Below are positions 1 to 9,431 of a stretch of 64,000 nt of DNA, piece by piece. Below the pieces are notes generated by a model. The model was not told the DNA's origin, did no database searches, and was given only the letters and a program-made list of their open reading frames with translations. The stretch comes from Clostridia bacterium (GTDB taxonomy: Bacteria; Bacillota; Clostridia; Christensenellales; UBA1242), in NCBI GenBank assembly GCA_017409005.1, contig JAFQTP010000007.1, positions 28,854 through 92,853 of the forward strand, given 5' to 3'. A program made the position numbers and the translations under genes. Each line of letters begins with the position of its first letter. The first letter of the stretch is position 1.

Positions 1-1021
1 AGAGGGGGCAAAACAAATGGCTGAATTTAAACCTGATTGCATTATTGCACTTGGTGGCGGTTCTGCTATGGACGCAGGCAAAATTATGTGGGTTTTATAT
101 GAACACCCAGAAGTTGACTTTTTAGATATGGCAATGCGTTTTGTAGATATTCGTAAACGTATTTACACATTCCCTAAAATGGGCGAAAAGGCATACTTTA
201 TTGCAGTTCCAACTTCTGCCGGAACTGGTTCAGAAGTAACACCATTTGCCGTTATTACCGACGAAAGCACCGGAACAAAATATCCTCTTGCCGATTACGA
301 ACTATTACCTAACATGGCAATTGTAGATTGCGACTTAATGTTAAAAGCACCAAAAGGTTTAACAAGTGCTTCCGGTATTGATGCTGTTACACATGCTTTA
401 GAAGCTTATGCTTCCATGATGGCAACCGATTATACCGATGCACTTGCTATTCAAGCATTAAAAGTTATTTTTGAATATTTACCTCGTGCATATAATAATG
501 GCGAAGCCGATGTTGAAGCACGCGAAAAAATGGCTAATGCAGCAACAATGGCAGGCATGGCATTTGCTAATGCTTTTCTTGGTGTTTGCCACAGCATGGC
601 ACACAAACTTGGTGCATTCCACCACTTGCCACATGGTGTTGCAAACGCACTTATGATTAACGAAGTTATTAAATTTAATAGTGCCGAAGCACCAACCAAA
701 ATGGGGACATTCCCACAATACGACCACCCACACACACTTTCAAGATATGCCGAAGTTGCAACTGCACTAGGTTTGGGAGGTAAAACCGACCAAGAAAAAG
801 TTGATAATTTAATTGCAAAAATCAACGAACTAAAAGAACAAATTGGAATTAAATCAACTATTAAAGATTATGGCATTAACGAACAAGAGTTTTTAGATAA
901 ACTTGACGAAATGACTGAACAGGCATTCGACGACCAATGCACAGGCGCAAACCCACGTTATCCACTTATGAGCGAAATTAAACAAATGTTTTTAAATGCT
1001 TATTACGGAGGTAAAAAATAA
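1..1021 (+). CDS. adhE: Bifunctional acetaldehyde-CoA/alcohol dehydrogenase, C-terminal Fe-ADH part (5' truncated by window)
   Basis: GGGSAMDAGK, PTSAGTGSE and GVCHSMAH...HGVANA iron-ADH motifs; C-terminal FDDQCTGANPRYP typical of AdhE; frame is open upstream of the ATG at 17. Confidence 0.92.
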   Translation, partial: EGAKQMAEFKPDCIIALGGGSAMDAGKIMWVLYEHPEVDFLDMAMRFVDIRKRIYTFPKMGEKAYFIAVPTSAGTGSEVTPFAVITDESTGTKYPLADYELLPNMAIVDCDLMLKAPKGLTSASGIDAVTHALEAYASMMATDYTDALAIQALKVIFEYLPRAYNNGEADVEAREKMANAATMAGMAFANAFLGVCHSMAHKLGAFHHLPHGVANALMINEVIKFNSAEAPTKMGTFPQYDHPHTLSRYAEVATALGLGGKTDQEKVDNLIAKINELKEQIGIKSTIKDYGINEQEFLDKLDEMTEQAFDDQCTGANPRYPLMSEIKQMFLNAYYGGKK

Positions 1022-1782
1022 TGACTTTTAAATTAGATAATTTAATTTATAAAGGCGAGACCAAAGAAGTTTTTAAAGAAGATGGCAACGCAATTAAATT
1101 GTTTAACGAAACTCACCCAAAAGCTTTTGTTTTAAACGAAGCATTAAATCATGCTAGGGTTGAACAATATTCTGGTTTAAGTGTTCCAACATTAAAGGAA
1201 GTTGCTGTTGTTAACAACCGCTGGGCACTTGTGTATAACTATTTAGAGGGTAAAACTTTGGCCGAACTTATGGCTGAAAACCCTGAAAAAGAAGATGAGT
1301 ATTTAAATAAATTTGTTGATATTCAACTTGAAGTTTTGTCTAAAAATGTTCCACTACTTAATCGCACTAAAGATAAGTTTCGCCGTAAACTTTCAGAATT
1401 AACCGAAATTGCCGACGATGTTAAATATGAACTTATGCAAAGGCTTGAGGGAATGAAAAACCACACAAAGCTTTGTCATGGCGATTTTGACCCATCTAAC
1501 ATTATTTTTGATAAAGATGGCAACTATTATGTTATCGACTGGGCACACGTTACAGCGGGTAACGCTTCAGCCGATGCGGCACGCACATTTTTAATTTTCT
1601 CTATCGAAAACAAAACCGAACTTGCTAATAAATATTTAAAATTATTTTCACAAAAAAGCGAAATTGAAATTAAATATATTCAAAGTTGGATTCCAATTGT
1701 TGCAGCAACACAACTTGAAAAAGGTGTTCAATCTGAAAAAGAATTTTTACTAAAATGGATTAATGTTGCTGAATATCAATAA
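1021..1782 (+). CDS. APH/choline-kinase-like phosphotransferase
   Basis: LCHGDFDPSNI and VIDW motifs; TAATG stop/start overlap with adhE. Confidence 0.85.
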   Translation: MTFKLDNLIYKGETKEVFKEDGNAIKLFNETHPKAFVLNEALNHARVEQYSGLSVPTLKEVAVVNNRWALVYNYLEGKTLAELMAENPEKEDEYLNKFVDIQLEVLSKNVPLLNRTKDKFRRKLSELTEIADDVKYELMQRLEGMKNHTKLCHGDFDPSNIIFDKDGNYYVIDWAHVTAGNASADAARTFLIFSIENKTELANKYLKLFSQKSEIEIKYIQSWIPIVAATQLEKGVQSEKEFLLKWINVAEYQ

Positions 1783-1801
1783 CATTTACAAATTAAAATA
1801 C

Positions 1802-1833
1802 AAAAAAGTTGAGTTAAACACTCAACTTTTTTT
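1802..1833 (+). terminator. Intrinsic (bidirectional-type) terminator
   Basis: AAAAAAGTTGAG-TTAAACA-CTCAACTTTTTTT. Confidence 0.85.
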
Positions 1834-1933
1834 GTTTGTTACCACCTGAAAAATTTTCTAGTTACATATTTATTTTAAAACGTTTTATTTTCGTGATTGT
1901 GTGATATAATTGGTGTAAATTTAAGGAGCTGTT

Positions 1934-2983
1934 ATGAATAAAACCTTTGGAGAGTTTTTAAAACAAAAACGATTAGAAAAAAGTTTAACTCAAAAAGAAC
2001 TATCAAAATTACTTATTATTTCAGAATCGGCAGTTAGCAAATGGGAAAAAGATGTTGCACACCCAGATATTACATTGCTTCCTAAATTAGCCGAAATTTT
2101 AGGGGTTACCGAACATGAGTTAATAACTGCCAGCATCGATGAAACTTCTAGGGCGGAAAAGTCACAAGCAAAAAAATGGAGAACTTTATCGGTTACTTGG
2201 AGTTTGTTTTTCTATATTTCATACGCCTTAGCATTAATACCTTGCTTTATAGTTGATTTAGCAATAAATAAAGCATTAACTTGGTTCTGGATTGTTTTTT
2301 CGGCATTAATTTTAGCATTTAGTTTTACAAATTTGCCAAAACTAATTACTAAACATAAATTAATTTTAGTGCCGTTATCAAACTATTTAGCTCTTTGCTT
2401 ATTGCTTGGTGTGTGCTGTTTATACACAGGCGGAAACTGGTTTTTTATTCCGGCAGTTGCAGTGTTATTTGGTTTAATAATAATTTTTATGCCAATATAT
2501 ATTTGCAAATATAAAGTGTTTGAAAAAGTTAGAAAGTATGCCGATTTTGTTTCGGTGACAATCGATTTTGTTATGCTAAATATTTTATTGCTTGTAATTA
2601 ATGCGTACACAATAATTAATAATGCAACTGGGTTTTGGTATTTAAAACCGGCATTGCCAATAGTGTTAATTATTTATGCAATTTTAAACATACTTTTAAG
2701 CGTAAGATTTTTAAAAATTAATAAGCTTTTAAAAACTAGCATTATTTTGTTTTTGTGTAACATTTTTATTTATGCTGTTCCGCCATTTATAAAGGTTTCG
2801 AATATTAATATACAATCTAACATAGATGAAATTAATATTTTTAAAGCTGATTTATCTAGGTGGATATTAGGTGTAACAATTCAACAAAACATACATTTAA
2901 TTATTTGTTTAAGCATATTATTTATTGGTCTTTTATTTTTTATTGGCGGATTAATAGTCCATTGCAATAAAAAACACAAATAA
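1934..2983 (+). CDS. XRE-family HTH regulator with multi-pass membrane domain
   Basis: N-terminal LTQKELSKLLIISESAVSKWEKDVAHPD HTH followed by many hydrophobic segments; RBS AAGGAG. Confidence 0.85.
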   Translation: MNKTFGEFLKQKRLEKSLTQKELSKLLIISESAVSKWEKDVAHPDITLLPKLAEILGVTEHELITASIDETSRAEKSQAKKWRTLSVTWSLFFYISYALALIPCFIVDLAINKALTWFWIVFSALILAFSFTNLPKLITKHKLILVPLSNYLALCLLLGVCCLYTGGNWFFIPAVAVLFGLIIIFMPIYICKYKVFEKVRKYADFVSVTIDFVMLNILLLVINAYTIINNATGFWYLKPALPIVLIIYAILNILLSVRFLKINKLLKTSIILFLCNIFIYAVPPFIKVSNINIQSNIDEINIFKADLSRWILGVTIQQNIHLIICLSILFIGLLFFIGGLIVHCNKKHK

Positions 2984-2989
2984 AACAAT

Positions 2990-3021
2990 AAAAAAGTTGA
3001 GTAAAACACTCAACTTTTTTT
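2990..3021. terminator. Bidirectional terminator, near-identical copy of 1802-1833
   Basis: AAAAAAGTTGAG-TAAAACA-CTCAACTTTTTTT between convergent genes. Confidence 0.85.
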
Positions 3022-3022
3022 A

Positions 3023-4087
3023 TTATTTTTTTAAGTTTGCTCCGCAGCCCGAGCATTTTAAATTTGAAGATTTATTCATTGTGTTACAGTAAGGGCAGGC
3101 TACTAAATTAGATGTTTTTGGTTTTACTGCTTGTACTTGTGTAGGTTTGTTTATTTTTTCATTATCTTCAAAAGTTTCATTGTCTTCATATTCTTCAAGT
3201 AAATCGTCTAGGTCTTCAATTTCTTCGTCATCTTCAACTTTTTTCAATTTGTTAAATCTTTGTTCGTTATATTTTTCGGCTTTTTCGCCATCAGTTTCAT
3301 ATTTCGATTTCATGGTAATGTCGCCTTTACCTCTAACAACACCTTCGTCCATCATTTTAACAAATGGATTTTGTCTTACTTTTGTGTAAGCAACAGGTTT
3401 GTTATCAACTAAGGCTCTAATGCTTGGAATAATGTCGCCATTTAGGGTGTAAAACTTTAATTTGTGTCCAGCAATTTTCATATTAAATAACGAAACTTCT
3501 GCTTTAAACTTTGGTAGTTTGCCTTCTTTAATTAAAACGCCGTCAACAATAACACCTGCTTTACGCCAACTCGCAAACACAACAACTTTTTTATCTTCAA
3601 TATCAAAATAATATTTTCGGTTTGCGAATAATTGTTTAACCAAATATGTTAAAATAAATCCAGGAATTAAAATTAAATACCAAGCAAATTTGTTGTATTC
3701 GCATTCAATATCTTTTAGCTTTGCTTTAGCAACAATATCTTTATCGGTTGCCATAAATGTGTGTTTAAAATCACAACTTTCCTTAGATTCTAAATTAACT
3801 TTAATTTTAACGGTTTCGTCTTGAATATAAGCGCCCTTTTCGTTATAGGTGCTAATAACAACGGTTATTTGTTTAAGTGTAAATCCGGTTGTGTTATCAA
3901 TGTGCCCGGCAATGGTTATTTGGTTCGGTTCAGAAGCTTTGCCAGTTAATGTAATTTCGTCTGTAGGAATGTGGGCATCTTTAAGTGGCATCATAAAGCA
4001 AAGTAGCGACGCAATAATTGTTAATCCAAATAAGAAAATTATAACACCTCTGGCAAATTTATCTTGTCTTTTCATTTTAAACTCCAA
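3023..4087 (-). CDS. Membrane protein with FxLYD-like domain and C-terminal zinc ribbon
   Basis: Two TM segments, GHIDNTTG...TYNEKG beta domain, C-terminal CPYC...CSGCG. Confidence 0.65.
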   Translation of the reverse strand: MEFKMKRQDKFARGVIIFLFGLTIIASLLCFMMPLKDAHIPTDEITLTGKASEPNQITIAGHIDNTTGFTLKQITVVISTYNEKGAYIQDETVKIKVNLESKESCDFKHTFMATDKDIVAKAKLKDIECEYNKFAWYLILIPGFILTYLVKQLFANRKYYFDIEDKKVVVFASWRKAGVIVDGVLIKEGKLPKFKAEVSLFNMKIAGHKLKFYTLNGDIIPSIRALVDNKPVAYTKVRQNPFVKMMDEGVVRGKGDITMKSKYETDGEKAEKYNEQRFNKLKKVEDDEEIEDLDDLLEEYEDNETFEDNEKINKPTQVQAVKPKTSNLVACPYCNTMNKSSNLKCSGCGANLKK

Positions 4088-4252
4088 TATTATATAACTG
4101 GTTTAAGTTTAAAGTGTTTAGTAACTTTAGTCAAATTTATTTTGTTTAATATTTAAATATATACTTTTTAATAATTTAAATGTTTAAGTATGGTAAAGTT
4201 CTTATGTTTTCTTTAAGTTTGTGTTATTATAAATTAACATAAGGAGAACGGA

Positions 4253-5410
4253 ATGGATAAAAACAAGAAAACCAATTTAACAATGCTAAAATGTTCTAAT
4301 TGTGGTTCTTCAGTTTTTGAACAAACCAGCGACGATACCTATAAGTGCGGATATTGTGGCTCGGTTGCAAAAGACGATAATGCCGAAAAGCAATCGTTTA
4401 TTAAATTTTTAAGTTCAAAATCTGCTAATGAAAGCAAAATAAGAATTGTTAAAAGCATGATGGGTGAACAAGATTTTTTTAAATATGCAATTGAACATAT
4501 TTCAAATGAAAAAAATTCGCCCATAGATATTTTAGAATCTAAATTTGAAAATGTTGAAATTAGGTATAGTTATTATTTATTAGTTAAGGCCGAGTTTAAA
4601 TTGGCAACACTATCAAATCAATATTTCGAAGATATTTCATATTCTCAAACAAAAAATAAAAAACTCTCAATAAACTCGCAAAAGCAAGTTGAGGAAGATG
4701 TTGTTAACGAATCTATTGCAATTTGTTCGCCTCTTCAAGAAAATGCTTTTGAGGGACAAAGTGAAAAAGTTTATAAAGATTTATATTCAGAGTTTTCAAA
4801 TGTGAATAGTGCAATTCTTTCAGCGGAAGAAATTAAAAAGCGAAACATTAAACTGCCAAGCAAAACAAAAATTTCGGAAGCAATCGACCGTATTATTAAC
4901 GAAACAAAAACCGAGCTGTTAGAAAATAGTGTTGAAAAAAATGTTAGAGTAATGCACAAAATTGACGACATTGAACTTTGTATTGTTCCAGAATATGTTT
5001 TAAAGTTTGAATATAAAAACGAAAAATTTGAGGTGTCGTCGTTTGCATACGATTTAAACATTGTGGGAAGCATTCCAAACGATTCCGAAAATTTATATAA
5101 GCAAGTAATGCAAAAAACTGCAAAGTATCCAATTGTTTCAATTTCTATTTCGGCTGTGTTTGCTCTGTTTGGTTTTATTACATTTGCAATTGCTAGATAT
5201 ATTGCACTTGCATGGGTTTGCATTTTTGCAATTCCGGTTATGCTTGTTGTTTTTGCTTCAACATTTTTCATTGATAAAATTGTAACCAAAAACATTTTAA
5301 CTAAACGATATAATTTAAAGCGAACAAAACTTCAAGAGTTTTTTAAATCTAGAAACATCGACCCAACTTTAACGTCAGAGTTTTTAAATTCGTTTGAAGG
5401 AGGGGAATAA
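4253..5410 (+). CDS. Zinc-ribbon membrane protein
   Basis: N-terminal CSNCGS...CGYCGS; two C-terminal TM segments; RBS AAGGAG. Confidence 0.7.
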   Translation: MDKNKKTNLTMLKCSNCGSSVFEQTSDDTYKCGYCGSVAKDDNAEKQSFIKFLSSKSANESKIRIVKSMMGEQDFFKYAIEHISNEKNSPIDILESKFENVEIRYSYYLLVKAEFKLATLSNQYFEDISYSQTKNKKLSINSQKQVEEDVVNESIAICSPLQENAFEGQSEKVYKDLYSEFSNVNSAILSAEEIKKRNIKLPSKTKISEAIDRIINETKTELLENSVEKNVRVMHKIDDIELCIVPEYVLKFEYKNEKFEVSSFAYDLNIVGSIPNDSENLYKQVMQKTAKYPIVSISISAVFALFGFITFAIARYIALAWVCIFAIPVMLVVFASTFFIDKIVTKNILTKRYNLKRTKLQEFFKSRNIDPTLTSEFLNSFEGGE

Positions 5411-5411
5411 C

Positions 5412-6581
5412 ATGTTAAGAAAAATTTCTATTGCAATTGTTGTTATTGGAGTTGCACTATGTGCACTTGCAGGAATTAGTGTTAACTTAAACCCAATGGT
5501 TGAAAAGGTTTCTTTTACCGAAACTGAAAAAACACTAACTATTAACACTTCTCACAAACTAAATTTTTACACGTATCCAGAAAATGCTCGTTTATCAGCT
5601 TCTGGGCTAGAATGGTCTAGTTCTGACACAAACGTGGCAGTTGTTGACAAATACGGCAATGTTGATGCTGTTGGTGTTGGCACTGTAACTATAAAAGCCA
5701 AATATAAAACAAACACAATTGAATGTGCTATAACAGTTAATCCGGTGTTTGTATCACACTTAAATGTTAGTTATCCATATTCAATTATTCACCCAGCCGA
5801 AACAATGCAAATTGCAGCAATAGTTAAACCTGATAATGCCACTTACAAACAATTAACATGGTCTAGCTCGAACCCAGAAGTTGCTACTGTTTCAAACACT
5901 GGTTTGGTTACTGGTGTTGCCGAGGGAGAAACATTGGTTACAATAAATGCTGCGAATGATGTAACTGAAACACTTGTTGTAAAAGTTCAAAACACAATTG
6001 AGGTTGAAAGCATTGATTTATCTATTAATGTGTTAGACCCAACAAAACTATGGCTTTCAACTTTTAATATAACCCCAACAATTTTCCCTGCTAATGCCGA
6101 TAACCAAACTCTTACATGGTCTAGTTCTAACTCAGAGGTTATTAGTGTTGATTCTGCTGGAAAAGTTACAACACATAAAGATGGTTTTGCAACAATTACT
6201 GCAACAAGTTTAAGTGGTAAAACTGCAAGCATTTATTTAAATGTTCCTAGGGTAGAGGCAACTAGTGTAAATATTGTTAAACCATCGGTGTCGGGTGCAA
6301 CTATTGTGTCTTGCACGATTAGCGTTGGCACCACGTTACAACTAAGGGCAAATTTAACAAGAGGTATTTCAAGTTATCCTTACATCACATCAAGCGGAAT
6401 AACCACACACGAACTTGAGTGGACTTCCAGTGACCCATCTAAGGTTAGTGTAAGTCAAGGCGGACTTGTTACTGCCATTGCTTCAACGGCTAATGGTACG
6501 GGTACAAATTTTGGTGTAACAATTACTGTTACTGTTAAAGGTGTTGGAATATCCGACTCATACATAATTATGGTTAAATAA
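5412..6581 (+). CDS. Secreted protein with bacterial Ig-like (Big_2) repeats
   Basis: Signal/anchor followed by four W(S/T)SSxxxVxxVxxxGxV repeats. Confidence 0.88.
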   Translation: MLRKISIAIVVIGVALCALAGISVNLNPMVEKVSFTETEKTLTINTSHKLNFYTYPENARLSASGLEWSSSDTNVAVVDKYGNVDAVGVGTVTIKAKYKTNTIECAITVNPVFVSHLNVSYPYSIIHPAETMQIAAIVKPDNATYKQLTWSSSNPEVATVSNTGLVTGVAEGETLVTINAANDVTETLVVKVQNTIEVESIDLSINVLDPTKLWLSTFNITPTIFPANADNQTLTWSSSNSEVISVDSAGKVTTHKDGFATITATSLSGKTASIYLNVPRVEATSVNIVKPSVSGATIVSCTISVGTTLQLRANLTRGISSYPYITSSGITTHELEWTSSDPSKVSVSQGGLVTAIASTANGTGTNFGVTITVTVKGVGISDSYIIMVK

Positions 6582-6690
6582 ATTTAAAAAGGGATTGATT
6601 TTCTTCAATCCTTTTTGTTTGGTGCAAAAAAACTTTAAAACTTATAAATTCAATCTTGAATTTTGTTTTTATGTTTGATAATATAAAAAT

Positions 6691-7470
6691 ATGATAAACG
6701 TTAAAGGTGGCTTTTTAAAAGCTGAGCAAGTTTACAATAGGTCTAAGTGTAATGGTATTTTCACTTCACAAGCATTGGCGGAAATTTTAAGTTCGCCAAA
6801 TTTTACCGAACTTTTAGAAGCAACAAAACGTGGGGTGGATAATTTAGGTCAGCCTGACCCAGTTTTAACTAAAGTTTTGCAGGAAATTGGTTTTACTGCG
6901 TTGCCTATTATGGTTGATAGCAATCACTATCAACTTTTGGTTAAAAGTGGATTAACTCCAGTTTATAGGGGCGTTAAGCGCGACAATGCAATTGTTGATT
7001 TTGCAACTAACCCAGAATTGTTTGTTGGTAAAGGTCTTTTGTGTAATGGAGTTCATTTTGTTTATGACGATGGCACAAAATCTTCGTACGGTAACACTCC
7101 GCTAGAAATGGCGGCACGATATGCTAGAAAACCACCTAAAGGGCTACATAAAAAAATTGATGCCGACATGCAACACTATAACGAGGGGCAAATTGTTCGA
7201 GCTTTAATTTCCGAGAATGCAAAGGCAATTGAAATTAAAGAACTTTTAAAACTTGCTAAAATGGTTACGGAAAGCATTAAGAGTAATAACACAATTTCAG
7301 AATCAACAAAGCAAAAAATGATTAAATTGTTTTCAAAAGAGGCTTCGGTTATTGCAGCCCTTGAGGGTATTGATGTTATTGTTGCAGAACGAACTAGATT
7401 TTTAATTGGGCTAAATCGTGGTGTGTTTATTATGGATAAAGGAATGGTTGATGCCGAACTAAACAAATAA
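6691..7470 (+). CDS. Hypothetical protein, possible ADP-ribosyltransferase-like fold
   Basis: VYRG...GKGLLCNGVHF...AARYA...GIDVI...GLNR motif order; judged by eye only. Confidence 0.45.
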   Translation: MINVKGGFLKAEQVYNRSKCNGIFTSQALAEILSSPNFTELLEATKRGVDNLGQPDPVLTKVLQEIGFTALPIMVDSNHYQLLVKSGLTPVYRGVKRDNAIVDFATNPELFVGKGLLCNGVHFVYDDGTKSSYGNTPLEMAARYARKPPKGLHKKIDADMQHYNEGQIVRALISENAKAIEIKELLKLAKMVTESIKSNNTISESTKQKMIKLFSKEASVIAALEGIDVIVAERTRFLIGLNRGVFIMDKGMVDAELNK

Positions 7471-7524
7471 AGGAGTTTCAAAACTCCTTTTTCTTTTTTT
7501 CATAAAATGTTGTTAATAAAACAC

Positions 7525-7553
7525 TTGACAATAAGGTGTTGTTTTAATATACT
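7525..7553 (+). promoter_or_regulatory. Sigma-A promoter of the tRNA-Thr locus
   Basis: TTGACA-17 bp-TATACT. Confidence 0.8.
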
Positions 7554-7646
7554 ATTGCCGTCGGTTTTTATAACTGACATAATGAAACATATATGGGTTA
7601 AATTATCGCTAAGCGCATTTATATGTTTTCGGTATTAACTTAATAT

Positions 7647-7686
7647 GCTGATGTGGCACAGTCGGTAGCGCACCGCCTTGGTAAGG
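7647..7686 (+). pseudogene. 5' half of the original host tRNA-Thr(GGT), cut at the anticodon loop (attL of element A)
   Basis: GCTGATGTGGCACAGTCGGTAGCGCACCGCCTTGGTAAGG then unrelated sequence; its stems pair with the 3' halves at 21380 and 25686. Confidence 0.9.
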
Positions 7687-7725
7687 AAAAACCAAGCACA
7701 AAAATTATACCAAATATCTTAATAT

Positions 7726-7801
7726 GCTGTTGTGGCACAGTCGGTAGCGCACTGCCTTGGTAAGGCAGAGGTCACGGGTTCAAGTCCCGTCAACAGCTCC
7801 A
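7726..7801 (+). tRNA. tRNA-Thr(GGT), complete, carried inside element A
   Basis: 76 nt cloverleaf: acceptor GCTGTTG/CAACAGC, anticodon arm CTGCC-TTGGTAA-GGCAG, GGTTCAA T-loop, encoded CCA. Confidence 0.97.
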
Positions 7802-7897
7802 CATATTATACCCTTGAAAAACCCTTTAAAATAGGCACTTTCAAGGGTTTTTCTTTTTCTACAAATTTCAAAATTCTTTCCACAAAAAAATGAAAAA

Positions 7898-8023
7898 TGT
7901 ACCTACAAATACTCCGTAGGTACATAAAAAATCAAAAAAATGACCGACCTTTGATTTTTCAAAAGTCGGTCAAATTCTTTCTAAAACTGCCTTTTCAGGT
8001 ACACGTAGGTACATTTAGGTACA
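7898..8023. repeat. Putative integrase arm-binding sites, left end of element A
   Basis: TAGGTACA motif at 7898 (inverted), 7917, 7996 (CAGGTACA), 8006 and 8016; the last three have 10-bp spacing. Confidence 0.7.
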
Positions 8024-8063
8024 TAGTATTTAAGAACAACAAATTAAAAAATATTATTAATTA

Positions 8064-9377
8064 TTATTCAATAAAGGCTGTAACAATTTCTTCCAATAAT
8101 TTTTTTATATTGTTAAAAATTGCAATCTCAAATTCTTGTGTTCCTCTCAAAACGGATTGCCTATATTTTTTAAAATTCTCCAATACCTTTTCTTTTTCAG
8201 ATATTACACCTTGAAAATCGGATATTTTTTTACTACCTATCTTACATTCACAAAACGAACTCCATCTAATAGGGAAATATGTATTGTGAGAATTTGTTAT
8301 AAATCTCTCAGGTAAGTATAATTCTATTGAACAAGCTCTTCCATTTATATTATCAAAAATAATTTTATTATTAGTTCCAATAGTAGGATAACGGTTGAAA
8401 TTTTTTAAATTGGGATAAGTCAATATTCTAAAATTATTAGGTATTTGACCTATTTCATTAACTAATTTTTCTTTTGACTGATTACCTATAGTATCATTAT
8501 CAAAAACAGCTATAAACTTACTATCAATTTTCGATGTGATAAATGTTTTTATATTATGAGCAATAGCATCGCAACCACCTTGTCTATTTTGTCCCTTTAC
8601 ATATTCGAAATCCATAAAGTAATATAAATTATATAAATGCGGATAAATATTTTTAAGTGTAAATTCTAAAATTTCTTTATCGGTCTTTCCTTCCACTAAA
8701 ACTATAGTTTTAGGGATAATATCTCCAATTTGCATTTGTTCTATGCTTTCATATGTCCAACCAACCATCTCACTTATATCTATTTCCATCACGTCTTCTT
8801 GTTTACAATTCGCCAAAATAAAACGTATAGTATTAATGCAATCAAATTCTTCATAATAACAACCAAAAAACGATTCATCTGATGCACTGAAGATGGACTC
8901 GTATATTATTTTATCGCTTTCATTTTTGGGATTAAGTTCATGAGGTTTTTCTTTATCACTTAAGAGAAAATCATAAATATCATTGTTTAATAAAAATTTT
9001 AAATATTTTGTTATAGAATTTTTCCATTTTCGTATTGTTATATATTTATCAACTCTTTTTTTGATAACTTCTTCTTGCTTTTCAAAATCAACATTTTTAT
9101 CATATAAATATTTAGAATAATCTAATGCTTGATATTTTTTACAACTAAACTCATGTTCAAATCTTTTAATAGTATATCCTATAGAATCCAATCTATCGGA
9201 TGCCGCTTTTACCGTTGTAGAATATCTATATCTTTTACGGATTTCACCATCAATGACAATTTCGTCAATAATCAAATTATCATCGGTAAAAAACAATCCA
9301 AGTGTTTTACTATCGAAAAAGCTTTTCCAAGTAAGCAAACTTAGCTTATTTATTTTTAAATCAACATATACACCCAT
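8064..9377 (-). CDS. HEPN/Toprim-associated N-terminal domain plus OLD-like Toprim protein (probable defence nuclease)
   Basis: IVLVEGKTD and AVFDND Toprim motifs; N-terminus resembles the HEPN_Toprim_N family. Confidence 0.7.
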   Translation of the reverse strand: MGVYVDLKINKLSLLTWKSFFDSKTLGLFFTDDNLIIDEIVIDGEIRKRYRYSTTVKAASDRLDSIGYTIKRFEHEFSCKKYQALDYSKYLYDKNVDFEKQEEVIKKRVDKYITIRKWKNSITKYLKFLLNNDIYDFLLSDKEKPHELNPKNESDKIIYESIFSASDESFFGCYYEEFDCINTIRFILANCKQEDVMEIDISEMVGWTYESIEQMQIGDIIPKTIVLVEGKTDKEILEFTLKNIYPHLYNLYYFMDFEYVKGQNRQGGCDAIAHNIKTFITSKIDSKFIAVFDNDTIGNQSKEKLVNEIGQIPNNFRILTYPNLKNFNRYPTIGTNNKIIFDNINGRACSIELYLPERFITNSHNTYFPIRWSSFCECKIGSKKISDFQGVISEKEKVLENFKKYRQSVLRGTQEFEIAIFNNIKKLLEEIVTAFIE

Positions 9378-9431
9378 AAAATCTATTTCCTTTGTCTACA
9401 TTATACCACAAAAAAATATTTTTTCATATTG

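Noticed and set aside
7897-8214. 105-aa plus-strand ORF
   Set aside because: Runs over the arm repeats and antisense to the Toprim gene; no RBS or recognisable domain.
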